From Chrysemys picta bellii (lineage: Eukaryota): 64,000 nt of DNA. Positions 1-17,739 of this stretch are shown piece by piece. How positions within the stretch are numbered: position 1 is the stretch's first letter; each line of letters starts with the position of its first letter. The stretch lies in contig NC_088812.1 in NCBI RefSeq assembly GCF_011386835.1, forward strand, positions 2,852,001 to 2,916,000, given 5' to 3'. Under the pieces are notes generated by a model. The model worked only from the letters and a program-made list of their open reading frames with translations, did no database searches and was not told where the DNA came from. The translations under genes were made by a program, and so were the position numbers.

Positions 1-183
1 GCCCAGCGTAACACTAGGATGTTTCCCCCCAGCCCAACAAAAAATGCAGCTTCCGCAACACCAAACTTGTTTTGCAAATTCACGTCCGTTTCGCCTAATT
101 GTTCATTTAGGGCAAAAAGCCTAACAAAAAATTATACAAAAAAATAACTGATTTTTCGGTTTGAAGCGACTTTTCGTTTCAAT

Positions 184-309
184 GCATCTGAAGAAGTGAG
201 GTTTTTTACCCATGAAAGCTTAGGCCCAAATAAATCTGTTAGTCTTTAAGGTGCCACCGGCTTCCTTGTTGTTTTTGAGGAGACAGACTAACACGGCTAC
301 CCCCTGATA
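184..309 (+). mobile_element. Penelope-like retroelement terminal (pLTR) fragment with degenerate hammerhead motif
   Basis: gcatctgaagaagt...gaaagcttaggcccaaataaatctgttagtctttaaggtgccac...cagactaacacggctac, homologous to the element at 26341-26530. Flanked by a long duplication cttttcgtt(t/g)caatg at 170-184 and 310-324. Confidence 0.75.
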
Positions 310-1050
310 CTTTTCGTTGCAATGTTTCCTTCCGAGTTCAAAGAGTGTTTTGAAATGGTCAAACCAAAAGACGCCGGTTTCAACGAAACAAAATGTTTCG
401 TTCCACCCAAAACTCTTTTTTTCCAGTCGTTTCATTCGCCAACAATTTCAGAAGTTTTCGTTTTCGCTCCCACCAGGAACTAACATTTTTGTTCCACCCA
501 AACTATTCATGGCTTATTTTTACTTTTTGATTCACCAAAACGTTCAACCCTGCCCCCCTACTTCCCAACTTTTCTAAATTGTCAACAAACGAAAAAAATC
601 TGTTCTTTGCCCTGCTGGTTAGGAACCAACTATTGGAAACCAACCGACAACAAACAAAAATCCTGTTTTCCAGAGTGATTAAAATAGTCTAAAACCAGCC
701 AGTATTAGATGTGGGGTAAAAACGGTGGGAATTATTATTATTTTAAAAAACAAGAAGCTTTTTAAGCTTGGGCCTACATTTATTGACTGTCCCTCTGCAG
801 CCTCTGACCAGCAGGGGGCGTGATCTCAGTGATGGGAAATTCCTGTCTCTGCCTTTAGATCCCCATTCTCTACCCCCCACACACACATATAATGAGTGTA
901 ATTCTCCCTCTGTGCATCTGGGGTCCTCCTCTGTGCTGCTCTGCAAAGGACAGTCTGGCCCTTTAACTGGGGGCGGGGCCAGGATTAGGCCACCCCTTCC
1001 CCAGATGGCGCATACAAGGGTCATGTGACGGGGAGCATGTGACTCAGAAC

Positions 1051-1173
1051 TAGGGTGACCAGACAGCAAGTGTGCAAAATTGGGACGGGGGTGGGGGGTA
1101 ATAGACGCCAATATAAGAAAGAACCCTGAATATCGGGACTGTCCCTAGAAAATCGGGACATCTGGTCACCCCA
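1051..1173. mobile_element. hAT-type MITE (TIR TAGGGTGACCAG)
   Basis: Termini tagggtgaccag...ctggtcacccca with a perfect 8-bp TSD CTCAGAAC (1043-1050 and 1174-1181). Confidence 0.85.
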
Positions 1174-1325
1174 CTCAGAACAGAAACCCCGCTGCAATGC
1201 TCAGAACCAGAACCAATGCTCAGAACAGGCCTTGGCATCACAGCCGCCTTCTGTACCCGCTGGGTCTCTGGATGCCCAGGCCAGGATCTCCTTAATGAGC
1301 CTGATGCAAAGGGCATGAAGCGTCA

Positions 1326-6188
<4,863 letters not shown>

Positions 6189-6932
6189 AGTCGTCTCCTC
6201 CTGGCGTGGGGTGGGGGTGGGGAGGCGGCGGGGGGTTTGCTGGAGACAGGGAGGAGGGGAAAGCCACGGGGAGGGGAGAGGAGACGGACGGATGGATGGA
6301 TGGATGGATACACGTGACCATGGGTGGGCATGCCCCATGATGGATGGACGGGTGGGGATGGTTGCACATGGACCACAATCAGATACACCAGTGGAGATGC
6401 AGGGGGTTGGACAGATAGGTACGGATGACAGCAGAGGGAGACGGACAGGTGGGTGGATATGACAACAGAAACAGACAGACGGGGTAGGTGGATGCAGACA
6501 TGGAGAGAGAGGTAGAAAAGGAGAGGGAAGAAGAGAAGACAAGGGGAAGGCAAACGGGGAGAGCGAGAGGCGTGGATGAGGGAAGAGAACCAGAGGTGGG
6601 GGGAGACAGGCGAGACACGGAAGCAGGGGGTGGGGGTCATGATAAAAGGGAGGGGGGGGAGAATAAAAAGGAAAGTGCATTAGCTATTTGCCTGGCTGTG
6701 ACGGAGCGTCCCGGTCCCATCAGGCAGGTTCACAATAAGATCTTTAGGCTGCTGCTGTGTGGGGCCCGCGTTGTATTTAAACCCTGGGGAATGAACCCGC
6801 AGTGGGGTCCAGCAGAAGGGGTTGAACCTAATGCCTCTGGATCCCACAGCCGGAGTCCCACCTGAGCTAAAAAAGAAGCCCATTCGCTCAGAGGCGACCG
6901 CAGGCTGATAAAACCCAATCCGTGTCCGTAGG

Positions 6933-7600
6933 ATACTTTCATAGACCCCACGGCCAGAAGGGACCGTCGTGATCTGTAGAACCCAGGCCACGGAACGGCC
7001 CCGAACGAATTCCTAGAGCAGAGCTGTTCGAAACACACCCAGCGACGGAGAAGCTGTCGGTAAGTTGTTCCACTGGTTACTCTCCGTCTGAGTTTGTCTA
7101 GCTTCAACATCCAGCCAGAGGATCGTGTTCGAACCTTCCTCGGCTAGACAGAAGAGCCCGTTACTCCCCAGGTAGATCAAGTCACCCCTTAACCTTCTCT
7201 TGAATAAGCTAACTGGAGCCTGGAGCCTATCATCACGGGGCAGGTTTTCTATTCCTTTAGATCATTCTTGTGGCTCTTCTCTGACCCCTCTTCAATTTAT
7301 CAACATCCTTCTTGAATCGTGGGCACTGGATTCCAGCCGTGCTCGCCCCAGTGCCGAATGCAGAGGGAAAATCTCCTCTCTGCTCCTACTCCACATTCCC
7401 GTTTATACATCCCCGGATCCCACTAGCTGTTTTGGCCTCAGCGTCGCGCTGCTCAGCTGATTATCCACCACAACCAAATCTTTTTCAGAGTCCCTGCTTC
7501 CCAGGAGAGAGCCCCCCGGCCTGGAAGCACGGCCGACGCTCTCCGTTCCGAGCCGGACCCATTTACTGTTAGCTGTAAGAAGTGTTCGCTTGCGTCAGTG
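6933..7600 (-). mobile_element. CR1 LINE 3' fragment
   Basis: Reverse-complement CR1 3' end (catagac...agaagggacc...aagtcacccctt aaccttctc) followed by degenerate ORF2 C-terminal sequence. Confidence 0.7.
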
Positions 7601-7929
7601 ACCCGTCATCATCATTGTTTGCCCCTCCTCCAATCGGTGACAACTGCAATGCCTCACCCCTCCCAAACCGTGCCTGGAGGTAGGGCGGTGCTATTCACCC
7701 CATTGTACAGATGGGAAAACTGAGCCACAAAGAAGCCCAAGGTCACATGGGGAGTCTGTGGCACAGCAGGGAAGTAAACCCGGTCTCCCAAGTCCCAGGC
7801 TGGTGTCCTACCCCCTGGAAATCCTGACACATCCGGGGGACCAAACCTGAGACCCCTGGATCTTAAAGCATGAGCTTGGCTACCTCTGCTAGAAGACTCG
7901 GCTCTGTCCACCAAGGCTAGTCCAATCTT

Positions 7930-8100
7930 TAAGTAGCCCAGTCACCACTCCAAGGGGACAGAGCACCACACCTCATGGGTGTGGTGTGCACGTCCAATCC
8001 CTCTTTGACTCTTGCCAAGTTTTTGGCCTCCACGCCGTCCCGTAGCAGTGAGTTCCACAGGTTAATGATATGTTGGAGGGACAAGTAGGTCCTTTGATCC
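7930..8100 (-). mobile_element. CR1-group LINE 3' fragment
   Basis: Minus frame reads QHIINLWNSLLRDGVEAKNLARVKEGLD, a typical CR1 ORF2 C-terminus. Confidence 0.6.
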
Positions 8101-9185
8101 ATTCTGTAATGGTTACAAAGACACAGCGCGCCCGTGAGCACCCACGAGCTCTTAGCCACGCGGCCATCTTTTCTCCAAACCCTTGCTAACAAGGCAGGAA
8201 ATCAGAGCCACTTTCATGCTCCCAGCCCATCACGGAGACTTGCCAAGCCTATCAAATCGCAATGGAACGAAGCTGGGAGGAGGGTTAATTTATTCGTGAT
8301 TAGCAGAACAATTCGCTAGACTACTTTTTTTTTAAGCTAATTGATTTTTTTAAAAATCCCAAGAGAACAGGAGAGACTCCACCTGCCTCTGACTCACAGG
8401 GGCCCCCAGCCTGGGGCTGGATCGGAGCCAGCACCCCCCAGAGAGGAAAGAGGCCATGTCCCAGTTCCTGGCCCCCTGAACGAACCGCTCCCCTAACCTG
8501 GGGCTGGATGAAAGCTGGCGCCCCATAAAGGGGAAAGGCCCTGAATCCCATTCCCTCCTGCCCCCGAGCCAGCCGGTCCCCTAACTGGGGCTGGATCAGA
8601 GTCAACCCCCCTAGAAGGGAACGGCCCCATACTCCTCTCCCTAACCGGCCCCCGTGTGCCGGACGTCTTTCATGGGCGTGGGGGAGGCGAGATGCAGTGA
8701 GCAGCACGGGAGAATCCTGCACCATTTCGAGCTGTGGCAGACATTGTAACCAGGATAAAAACCCATTGAGCGGGCGAGCGGGAGTAAACACTGGCTGAAC
8801 CAACTAGCCACGCAGGGATGCAAAGCAGGAGCGCGGAAAGGTAACCAAGCGAACAGAGTATTGACTTATCCACCACGTGATGCGTTTGTCTCCACAGACA
8901 CTGCCGCTGGGAGCCGGGGCCTGATCCGAGTACCCCACCGGCATCTCCCCAACCCCGGAGCGGGGAGAAAGCCAAGGCCCCCTGTGGCTCGGTCGTCTCA
9001 TCAGCCCAAGCCCCGATGAGCCGCCTTCTCTCCAGCCCTAGATGTAGCCATTTCAAGAAAGCCCAGCCACTGTGGGTATTCCTAGTGGGTGTGGGGCGTC
9101 CCACTCCCAATTTTACACTGGGGGGGGAGGTGGAAGGCCAAGGTACAAGCATTTGCCTAATGCTGCACAGTGGTGGTGCTGTAGA

Positions 9186-9441
9186 GAGAACCCAGGAGCC
9201 CTGGATTCTAACTCCGCTCTAATCACTAGGCACCACTCCCCTCCTACAGCTGGGGATAGAATCCAGGAATTCTAGCTTCTAGCTCCCACCCCCTGCTCCA
9301 ACCTCTAGACACTACTCCCCTCTTAGAGCTGGGCACAGAACCCAGAAGTCCTGGCTTCCTGCCCCCACTGCTCCAACCACTAGACACTACTCCTCTCTTA
9401 GAGCTGGGCACAGAACCCAGGAGTCCTGGCTTCCCGCCCCT
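9186..9441 (-). repeat. Tandemly reiterated MIR/CORE-SINE tRNA-like heads (about 75-bp unit, 3-4 copies)
   Basis: Repeated ctc(t/c)aaccactagacactactccc...agagctggg...agaacccaggagtcctggctt. Similar clusters occur at 1640-1890, 23680-23935 and 28690-28805. The CORE word gggaaactgaggcac is scattered through the window. Confidence 0.65.
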
Positions 9442-10529
9442 CCTCCCCCATTCTAACAGAACAGAATCCTCCACCCCCTTTCAAGCTCACTCTCCCTCTG
9501 ACTTTTCTAAGAAGCCTTTGAAATATTGGGATGCTCACGTCTCTTCTTCCTAACAGGGGCAGACCAGGAGTGGGCGCTCGCTGAGACGCCTCAGTGCCAG
9601 GGAGAAGCCAGGTGCTGAACCCTTGAACAGACAGCCTTGTCCGCACAGCTGTCTGGTCAGGGTGAGCGCCCATAAGTGGCTGCCATGGATGGAATTCCAC
9701 CGCGGCAGCACTTTGTAATAAAGGCAAAACTCCAAGCCCGAGCTCTCGTCCGGCACGCCTCACGAACAGATCTCAAAGGAGGTCATTGTCATCCTTATTT
9801 TACTGATGGAGAAACCGAGGCACGGAGTGGGGTAAGTGACTCACCCAAGGGCCCCCAGCAGGCCAGTAGCAAAGCTAGGAATAGAACCCAGGTATCCCGA
9901 GACCACTAGGCCGCACCGTGCTAGGCGCTGTACAAAGGCAGAACAAGATGACAGTCCCACTCTCAAGCAGCTCATGCCTCGTCAGAAACTTATTCATTCT
10001 CTGCTCCTCCCAGGACCGGAATTCCTAATGCAAACCTTTCTGGGCAAAGGCACCATCATAACAAAAACAAGGGCAAGTTTTTCCTCCGCCTTATTCTGCA
10101 GGCTACTTATAAGATTCCTTCTAAAAAAAGAGAAGCGAAAGGAAGGTCTTGTGGTGAAGATAACGGACCGGGACTCGGGGGCCTGGGCTCTGTTCCTGGC
10201 ATCGCTCAGCCTTGTCTACTTGGAAAAGTCAAACTGGTTTAACTCACGTTTGTTTGTTTTAAAGACCCGGGTAACCGCTGCATGGATGATCTGATTTCGG
10301 TCGAGTTTAAATCTGTCTCTAATCGACTTGAACCAACCCCAGAGAAGCTGCTTTTACACCGAAACCAGAGTGCCCCTTGGCACCGCTTTCACCCCAATTG
10401 GTTTACGTTCACACCTTCGCTTCAAAACCAGAGCAACTTTTTCATGCAGACAAGTCACATCACGTTTCTGGGCTGCCGCCCCCTCAGTGATAAACCAGGG
10501 GGACCGATCCTGCCTTTGTCCCCTTATTT

Positions 10530-10765
10530 ATAGGGCAGCGGGTTTAAGACCCAGAGGGACCATTAGATCCTCTAGCGTGAACTACTGTACACCAAGTCCT
10601 TCAGTTTCACCCATTTACCCGTGTGCTGAGCCCAGCAGCTGGTCTTTGGCTACAGCTGAGAGACACCAGGATGCAGATTCCACCTCCTGGAGGTTTGTTC
10701 CAACGGTGAATCACCCTGAGCGTTAAAAACTGCTGCCTTCTTTCCAATCTGAATCTGTCTGGCTA
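10530..10765 (-). mobile_element. CR1 LINE 3' fragment (decayed)
   Basis: Similar to the 6933-7100 CR1 end (gagggaccattagatc...ttgttccaacgg...tctgaatctgtctggct). Confidence 0.5.
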
Positions 10766-10989
10766 GACAGAAAGCTCACTGGGGCAGGGCCAGTCCCTCA
10801 CCCTGTGCATGTGCGGCGCCTGGCATGATGGGGCCCAGATCTCGGCTGGAGCGAGGTCTGTGCAGTGCCTGGCATGATGCGGCCCCCCAATCTCTACTGG
10901 GGGGTCTATGCAAGACACAGCATGAAGGGACCCCCAATCTCAGCCGGAGGAGGGTCTGTGCAGGGCCCAGATCACTGCGGCGGGTGGGT

Positions 10990-11870
10990 GTCTGTGCAGG
11001 GCCCAGTATGAGAGAGCCCCCAATCTCGGTTGGAGGTGGGGGGGTCTGTGCAGGGTCCAGTATGAGAGAGCCCCCAATCTCGGTTGGAGGCGGGGGGGGT
11101 CTGTGCAGGGCCCAGTGTGAGAGAGCCCCCAATCTCAGTTGGAGGCGGGGGGGGTCTGTGCAGGGCCCAGTATGAGAGAGCCCCCAATCTCGGTTGGAGG
11201 CGGGGGGGGTCTGTGCAGGGCCCAGTATGAGAGAGCCCCCAATCTCGGGTGGAGGCGGGGGGGTCTGTGCAGGGCCCAGTACGAGAGAGCCCACAATCTC
11301 AGGTGGAGGCGGGGGTGGGGGGGGTCTGTGCAGGGCACAGTACGAGAGAGCCCCCAATCTCGGGTGGAGGCGGGGGGGGGGTCTGTGCAGGGCCCAGTAT
11401 GAGAGAGCCCCCAATCTCGGTTGGAGGCGAGGGGGTCTGTGCAGGGCCCAGTACGAGAGAGCCCCCAATCTCGGGTGGAGGCGGGGGGGGGTCTGTGCAG
11501 GGCCCAGTACGAGAGAGTCCCCAATCTTGGGTGGAGGCGGGGGGGTCTGTGCAGGGCCCAGTATGAGAGAGCCCCCAATCTCGGGTGGAGGCGGGGAGGG
11601 GTCTGTGCAGGGCCCAGTATGAGAGAGCCCCCAATCTCGGGTGGAGACGGGGGGGGGTTCTGTGCAGGGCCCAGTATGAGAGAGCCCCCAATCTCGGTTG
11701 GAGGCGAGGGGGTCTGTGCAGGGCCCAGTACGAGAGAGTCCCCAATCTTGGGTGGAGGCGGGGGGGTCTGTGCAGGGCCCAGTATGAGAGAGCCCCCAAT
11801 CTCGGGTGGAGGCGGGGGGGTCTGTGCAGGGCCCGGTACGAGAGAGTCCCCAATCTCGGGTGGAGGCGTG
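10990..11870. repeat. Minisatellite, about 55-bp unit, about 16 copies
   Basis: Unit gtctgtgcagggcccagta(t/c)gagagagcccccaatctcgg(g/t)tggaggcgggggg(g). Copies differ mainly in G-run length. Confidence 0.95.
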
Positions 11871-13724
11871 CACAACACAACCAGGCCCCAATTTCGCTCA
11901 GCACAAGCATCCTACAGAGACACGGTGATCTTTAGGTGAAATCCAAGCCCAGGGCAAGTTACCCTACAGCCCAACCTTTACTAAGCAACCCAGCAAAAAA
12001 CTACGACCGAGGTCTTCTCAGCCCTGTTCCCCCGACCATCATCTTACCCATCGGCCAGCCCCTACCGATCAGCGCCGGCTGATCCTCCACCCTGATCCCA
12101 CATACACAACTCCAGCTCCGAGCCACACCAGCGCTTCGCTTTGGGAACCTCTGCTGAGTCTGGCTAGGCCCAGCTCCCACCCATCCCACAGGTAGTTTGG
12201 TGCTGGATCAGCTGTCTCTGTAGCCCCAGAGCAGGCCTAGCCACCTAACTCGCCCCTCTGTCTCAGGGACCCGCCTCTGGGGGGAAAGGAATTCACTTGT
12301 AGTCCCTTCAATCCCACCGACTGCAGCAGCCAAGGAAGGAACAAGGCTGAGACCCGACAACTCGTTCCATCTAAGGGGCCACCTGCCTGATCGGGGTGGC
12401 GTTCAGCCTCCCCCAGTCCAGGGAAGAGTAATACCTCCGGCCCAACTAGCCCCCCACGGTCCCAACCTCTCTCTCCACCCACGCCTGCTTGCTCGCCACC
12501 TGGTTCAGACACCGGATACCCGCCGAGATTCCCAAATCGCAGGAGGAAGGGGTAGCGTAACCGTCAGATCAGAGGGAGCCTTTCACATCAAGCTCAGGGA
12601 CACCGACAGACGGGCTTGGGGAGCGGAGACAGTGGCTCCCTTGAGACAACTCCCCTGCACTCGCTATTGATTGGCATTGGAGGCCCTGACCCGCGCCCCT
12701 GACCCAAAGAGTTTTTATTCTCAAGGCACTAAGCAAAGAGACTTTGGCATGCTACCATCTCTGCCTCTCCCGGGAGGGAGAGGGATGCCACAGCCTCTTT
12801 AGTGGGGGTTCCCCTCTGCCAACCCCACTCCAAGCGAGGGGAACCCCCTGGTGGGCAGAGCCCCAGATTCCTGGGGAAACTGAGGCATGGGGCGATGCGG
12901 GAACAGACCCAAAGTCTTGCCCCAGGGCAGTGGGCTCCCCACAAGGCTGCCTCTGTGCCTTGGGTGAGGCTGCGTTTTTAAAGTCACAGCAGCCCAGAAG
13001 GGTCACTCTTTTTGCCCGCGATCCACCAGAGAAACCGACTGCCGTGACCTATTTGAAAGTGAGGGAGAGGAGGGCTACAGATGAGCCGGCTTTCCCAGCA
13101 GCGGGCACAGATCAGAATGAGACACCGTCAGGTTAGAGCATTCAACAGAACCTCAGATCCTGCAGAAAAGGAAATCAGTTTAAAGGTGCAGTTCTACTGC
13201 ACGTGCAGCAGGGTCCAGCCGGGTCTCGGGACACCTGTGTTCCGTTCTCCACCACAGACCTGGAGTAAGACACCCTCTGGCCTCAGTTTCCCCTTCTACC
13301 ACTTGTTCACTTAGACTGTAAGTTTGTTGGGACAGCGTCGTGCTCTTCTAATGTGCAGCGCCTGGTACAACGGGTGCCTGATCTCACCTGCGGCCTCTAG
13401 GTGCGACCCTCATCTGCCTAATAAGGGTCGAATTCTGCATGACTAGAGTCAATGGTGCACTCTCCTTTACTTTTGACATTTATCTCAGCAGGACAGGGAG
13501 AAAGTTCTTTGTCAGTTTCGTCTTCCCTGGTCTCCTGAAATCAACGACATTTGTGATTCCCTTGTTTGTTTGTTTTTTTAAGGTTAATTTTTAAAACCCA
13601 TTTAAATCAAAAGTTTTTCTGCCCATAGTAAGTTCTGTAAAACTGTTACAAAACCTGAATTCTGGGCCTGTTGTAAACAGCGACAGACTCCAGAAGCTCT
13701 GCCTCTATAATTTAACAGAGCGAT

Positions 13725-14068
13725 GGTTAAGGGGTGACTTGATCACAGTCTTTAAGTACCTACCTGGGGAACAAAACATTGATCGTAGAAGGTTCTTCAG
13801 ACTAGCAGACAAAGGTCAAATAAGAGCTAGTGGCTGGAAGTTGAAGCTAGACAAATAAGACACAACATTTTAAGAGGCACAACTTACTAAGGGCTTCTGT
13901 GGATTCTCCATCACTGGCCATTTTTAAATCAAGTTTGGATGTTTTCCCAAGAAATCTGCTCTACTTCAAACCGGAATTAATTCAGGGAAATCCCAGAGCC
14001 TGTGTTATTAAACAGGAGATTACACTAACTGATCGCAGTGGTCCCTTCTGGTTTTATAATCTATGAAG
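13725..14068 (+). mobile_element. CR1 LINE 3' end
   Basis: ggttaaggggtgacttgatcacagtc...ggattctccatcactgg...gtggtcccttctgg...aatctatga. Same family as 6933-7600 in the opposite orientation. Confidence 0.7.
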
Positions 14069-14730
14069 AAAATGTGATGATTTGACTCTCAATAATCAAC
14101 ACTTGATGCTTATTTCTTCCAAGGGTTTGACAGGACTCTGCACATGATCATTAACCAGCCTCCACGTGCACCCCACGCTCCTTCACCCAAGGCTGAGTCA
14201 GTATCATTATCCCCATTTTATTGATGGGGAAATTGAGGCACAGAAAGGCGAGGCGACTTGCCAGAGGTCACCCAGGCAATCAATGGCAGAGCTTGGAATC
14301 TAGAAGCGCTGGTTTCCAGCGTCTCCAGCTCTCACTTCCAGACCACAATCTGTGCCAAAGACAGGAATAAGAACCCAGGAAGTCCTGGCTTCTACCTTCC
14401 TAACCTAACAACTAGATTCCAGAGACTAGACCCCACCCTGCACCCATCTGGGAAGAGAACCCAAGAGTCCTGATTTTCAGTCCTCCATCCTGACACCGAT
14501 TTATAGGTACCCTCATACTACGGCATACAACATGAGGGTATCGCCAACCGCACCACTGCCTAATGAGAACAGTTGCCCCCGGTTTGAGATTCAGGAATTT
14601 CGGTGGGAGTCAGGACTCCTGGGTTCTACTCCCAACTCTGCCACTGACCTGCTGGGTGACTTCAGGGAAGTCCTTCCCCCGCCCTGTGATTCCATTTCCC
14701 CTCCCACCAGTGCCTGTGCAGCTCTTCAGC

Positions 14731-14861
14731 TAGGGTGACCAGACAGCAAGTGTGAAAAATCGGGACGGGGGGTGGGGGGTGGGGGGTAATAGGCGCCTAT
14801 ATAAGACAAAGCCCCAAATATCGGGACTGTCCCTATAAAATGGGGACATCTGGTCACCCTA
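14731..14861. mobile_element. hAT-type MITE (same family as 1051-1173)
   Basis: TIRs tagggtgaccag / ctggtcacccta. TSD is decayed (tcttcagc vs gctccggc). Confidence 0.8.
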
Positions 14862-15578
14862 GCTCCGGCGCAGTGTGGCCCACTCATCTCGGCTGGGGCC
14901 TTTAGGTGCTCTTGCAATACAAGTTACTATCATCCAGTGGGAGAAAAAAGAATAGCGTTACCTGATCTGCACCCCATAATAGCCCTCATGGTTTTTCTGG
15001 GGGCCTACAAGATACCAGATTGGGGCACATTGTGAAGCATGTTTTAAACAGGCCACAAGAATAAGGCCTGCCTCTCGCTTCCCTAGGCTGTTTTCAGACC
15101 TACCCACGCAGCCACCCACTGCTGCATATTTAATATCAAGTATCCAACTCCGGCTCTGTCAGAAGCATCGGAGGAATAAGTTGCCCGTCAGCTGGGATCC
15201 TCCCCACCCGATCCAGCACCTTCTCCTGCCACTCTCACGGATCAGCCTCCTTCGCTGCCCGGGGACCCAGAAAGCCGCATGCCCGGCTCCCGCTGGGATC
15301 ACAACCCCTACAGTTCTGTTCAGGCTTAACTCAGCGTCCCCAGGAAGGCACCGTAACTCATTGACCTCTGTCCTAGGATCCCAATCACCCTCCCATCCAG
15401 AGCCAGGGGCAGACCCCAGGAATCATGGCTCCCAGTCCCTTCCTACTGATGTAGCCACTACACCCCTGTCCCGGAGCTGGGAGTAAACCCATGTGTCCTG
15501 ACTCCCAGCCGCCCTGCTCCGGCCACTAGACTCCACCCCATCCCAGCACTGGGAAGAGAACCCAAGAGTCACGGTTCC

Positions 15579-15776
15579 CAGTACACCTCCACCCTGATAT
15601 AACGCAACCCGATATACCACGAATTCGGATATAACACAGTAAAGCAGTGCTCCGGTGGGGCGGGGCTGCACACTCCGGTGGATCAAAGCAAGTTCGATAT
15701 AACGCGGTTTCACCTATAACGCGGTAAGATTTTTTGGCTCCCGAGGACAGCGTTATATCTGGGTAGAGATGTACTG
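15579..15776. mobile_element. Tc1/mariner (Tigger/pogo-like) MITE
   Basis: Termini cagtacacctc...gagatgtactg with internal gatataac repeats. The TA TSD is not preserved. Confidence 0.6.
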
Positions 15777-17739
15777 TGCTCTAACTACTAGGCCATACTG
15801 CCTCCCCAGTACTGCGACAGAGCCCCGAGTTGCTTAGTGATTGTGGCGTAGATTGGACACGCCACTAGACGGTCGCAGAGGCAGCCCTCAGACCCAACTA
15901 CCGGACTAGGTCTTGACAAGGAAGCAACAGCGACTCTCTCGCACCCTGTATCTGTGTAGCACCCCGTATTATCTATTCTAGATACTTATATGGCCTCCCA
16001 TTACCATAGTATCGGGGCATCTCACAACCCTTACTATATTTATCCTCACCCCTGTGAAGCAGGGCAGGGCTATTATTTCCCACTTCACAAAGGGGGAAAC
16101 TGAGGCACAGAGCGAGTATGGGATTTGGGGGTCTCTCAGGGAGTGTGCAGCAGAGGAGGGAACTGAATCCAGCTCTCCCCAGTCCTAGGCAAGGGGCCTA
16201 ACCTCTAAGGGGCTGGGGTCTGGTACCTCGGGGGTAACCCAGACATATAATCCTGCTCGGATTATACACAGTTGTAGCTAAGCGGAGGCTGCTCCTGCCG
16301 GCACGGTGGACTGAGCTACACAGACCCCGGAAAAGGCCCAGGGATGAGGTTCAAGCTTAAAAAACAGGATTTATGCACAAGACCCACAACCCTTCCCCCC
16401 AAATCCCTAAAGAACCAACCCCCAACCTGCAACTCCATCAAACATGTCTTGAAAAAAATATACAATCCCCAAATAGAACCAGCAACCCAAACAAAACCGT
16501 ACATCCAAATATACCTGTAATCCCAGCCTGACCATTGCAACCCAAACCAATGGAATAAAAGTGAAATACAACTCAGACAGAACAATACACTTATTATCTA
16601 TCTATACACACACACACACACAACCTGAAACTTGCAACCCAAAGAAAATGCAACACAACATGTGTGTTATTATGCCCACACTGTACGGAAACCAGAACCC
16701 TGCGACCCAAACACACAGCAAAAGGGGGGAAAAATGAAATGAAACGCAACCCAAACCAGACAGCTCGACCTGCCCCCGCCCCCTCCAAACCCGTCAATAC
16801 ATTCAAATGTAAACAATTTTTTGCAACACACACGAATTGTAACGCTTTCTGGGTGAAGTGAAGAAATCTTGCTACACCCTCCAGTCAACCCACTCTGGGG
16901 TTGCTCCGGTTGCACAAGCCACCGAGTTTTTCCAGGGAAAACTTCCTGGTTTTTTGTTTGGTTGGGTTTTCATTTTTTTTTTTTTTTACTGGGGGGAGGG
17001 GGGAGATCACCCCTTTATCCCGCCCCCCCTTTGCCAAACACCGCGAGCTCCCAACACATGGCAAGGAGAAGGGCAGTCTGGTTCCCCCCTCCCCCAAATT
17101 CCCAAGTAGCTGAAGTTTACTTTAGGCTGGTGGCTTTCGGCCCTTCCCTTGTGGCTGGGCGCAAGTAGCAAGATAACAAACCGAAAGCCCAGTCAGGCCC
17201 AGGGGGCTGCCAGGGTGGGAAGACCCCAACTACAGCTAGGAGAGGACCCCCATCCTGGGGGGCAGCCCCCCCTAAGGACTGCAATAGAAGAGTTTCTCCA
17301 CCCAGGAGCCTGATCCATTGGGGGATTCACCCCCTCACCTCGATCCAGAAGGGGGTGCATAAGGGGAGGCCTCACCAGGGTTTATTGTGGGGGATGGTGA
17401 TTCTCTTCCCATGGGGCGGGGGAGATTGGGAGGGTCTAGGAGGAAAGTGAGGGGCAGCTAGAGAACTCCCCATGGGGCAGAAAGTCTCCTGAAGGCGCTG
17501 TGGGGTGGGCAGGGGCTGGGATGGCTCAGATCAGGGAGGCCTCTTGGGGAGAGGCGGGATCTGGAGAAAGGCCTAGCTCCCCCCCCCCCCAACCACCCAG
17601 GGGAGGCGTCCCCGCTCCAGGGCGGGCACGGGGGAGAAGGCCTAGTGGGGAAGAGAAGAAATTTCCCCTTCTCCACCCATGGGGGTTGCAGTGGGGGTCA
17701 GACGGGGGCACTGCAGCAGAGGGAGGCATAGCAAGTCCC

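Noticed and set aside
10776-11939. Multiple 100-370 aa Pro/Gly-rich ORFs on both strands
   Set aside because: Products of the 55-bp minisatellite.
16843-16856. 14-nt reverse-complement match to 55661-55674 (TRMT1 exon 1 donor)
   Set aside because: Matches of this length are expected by chance in a 64-kb self-comparison, and it does not extend.
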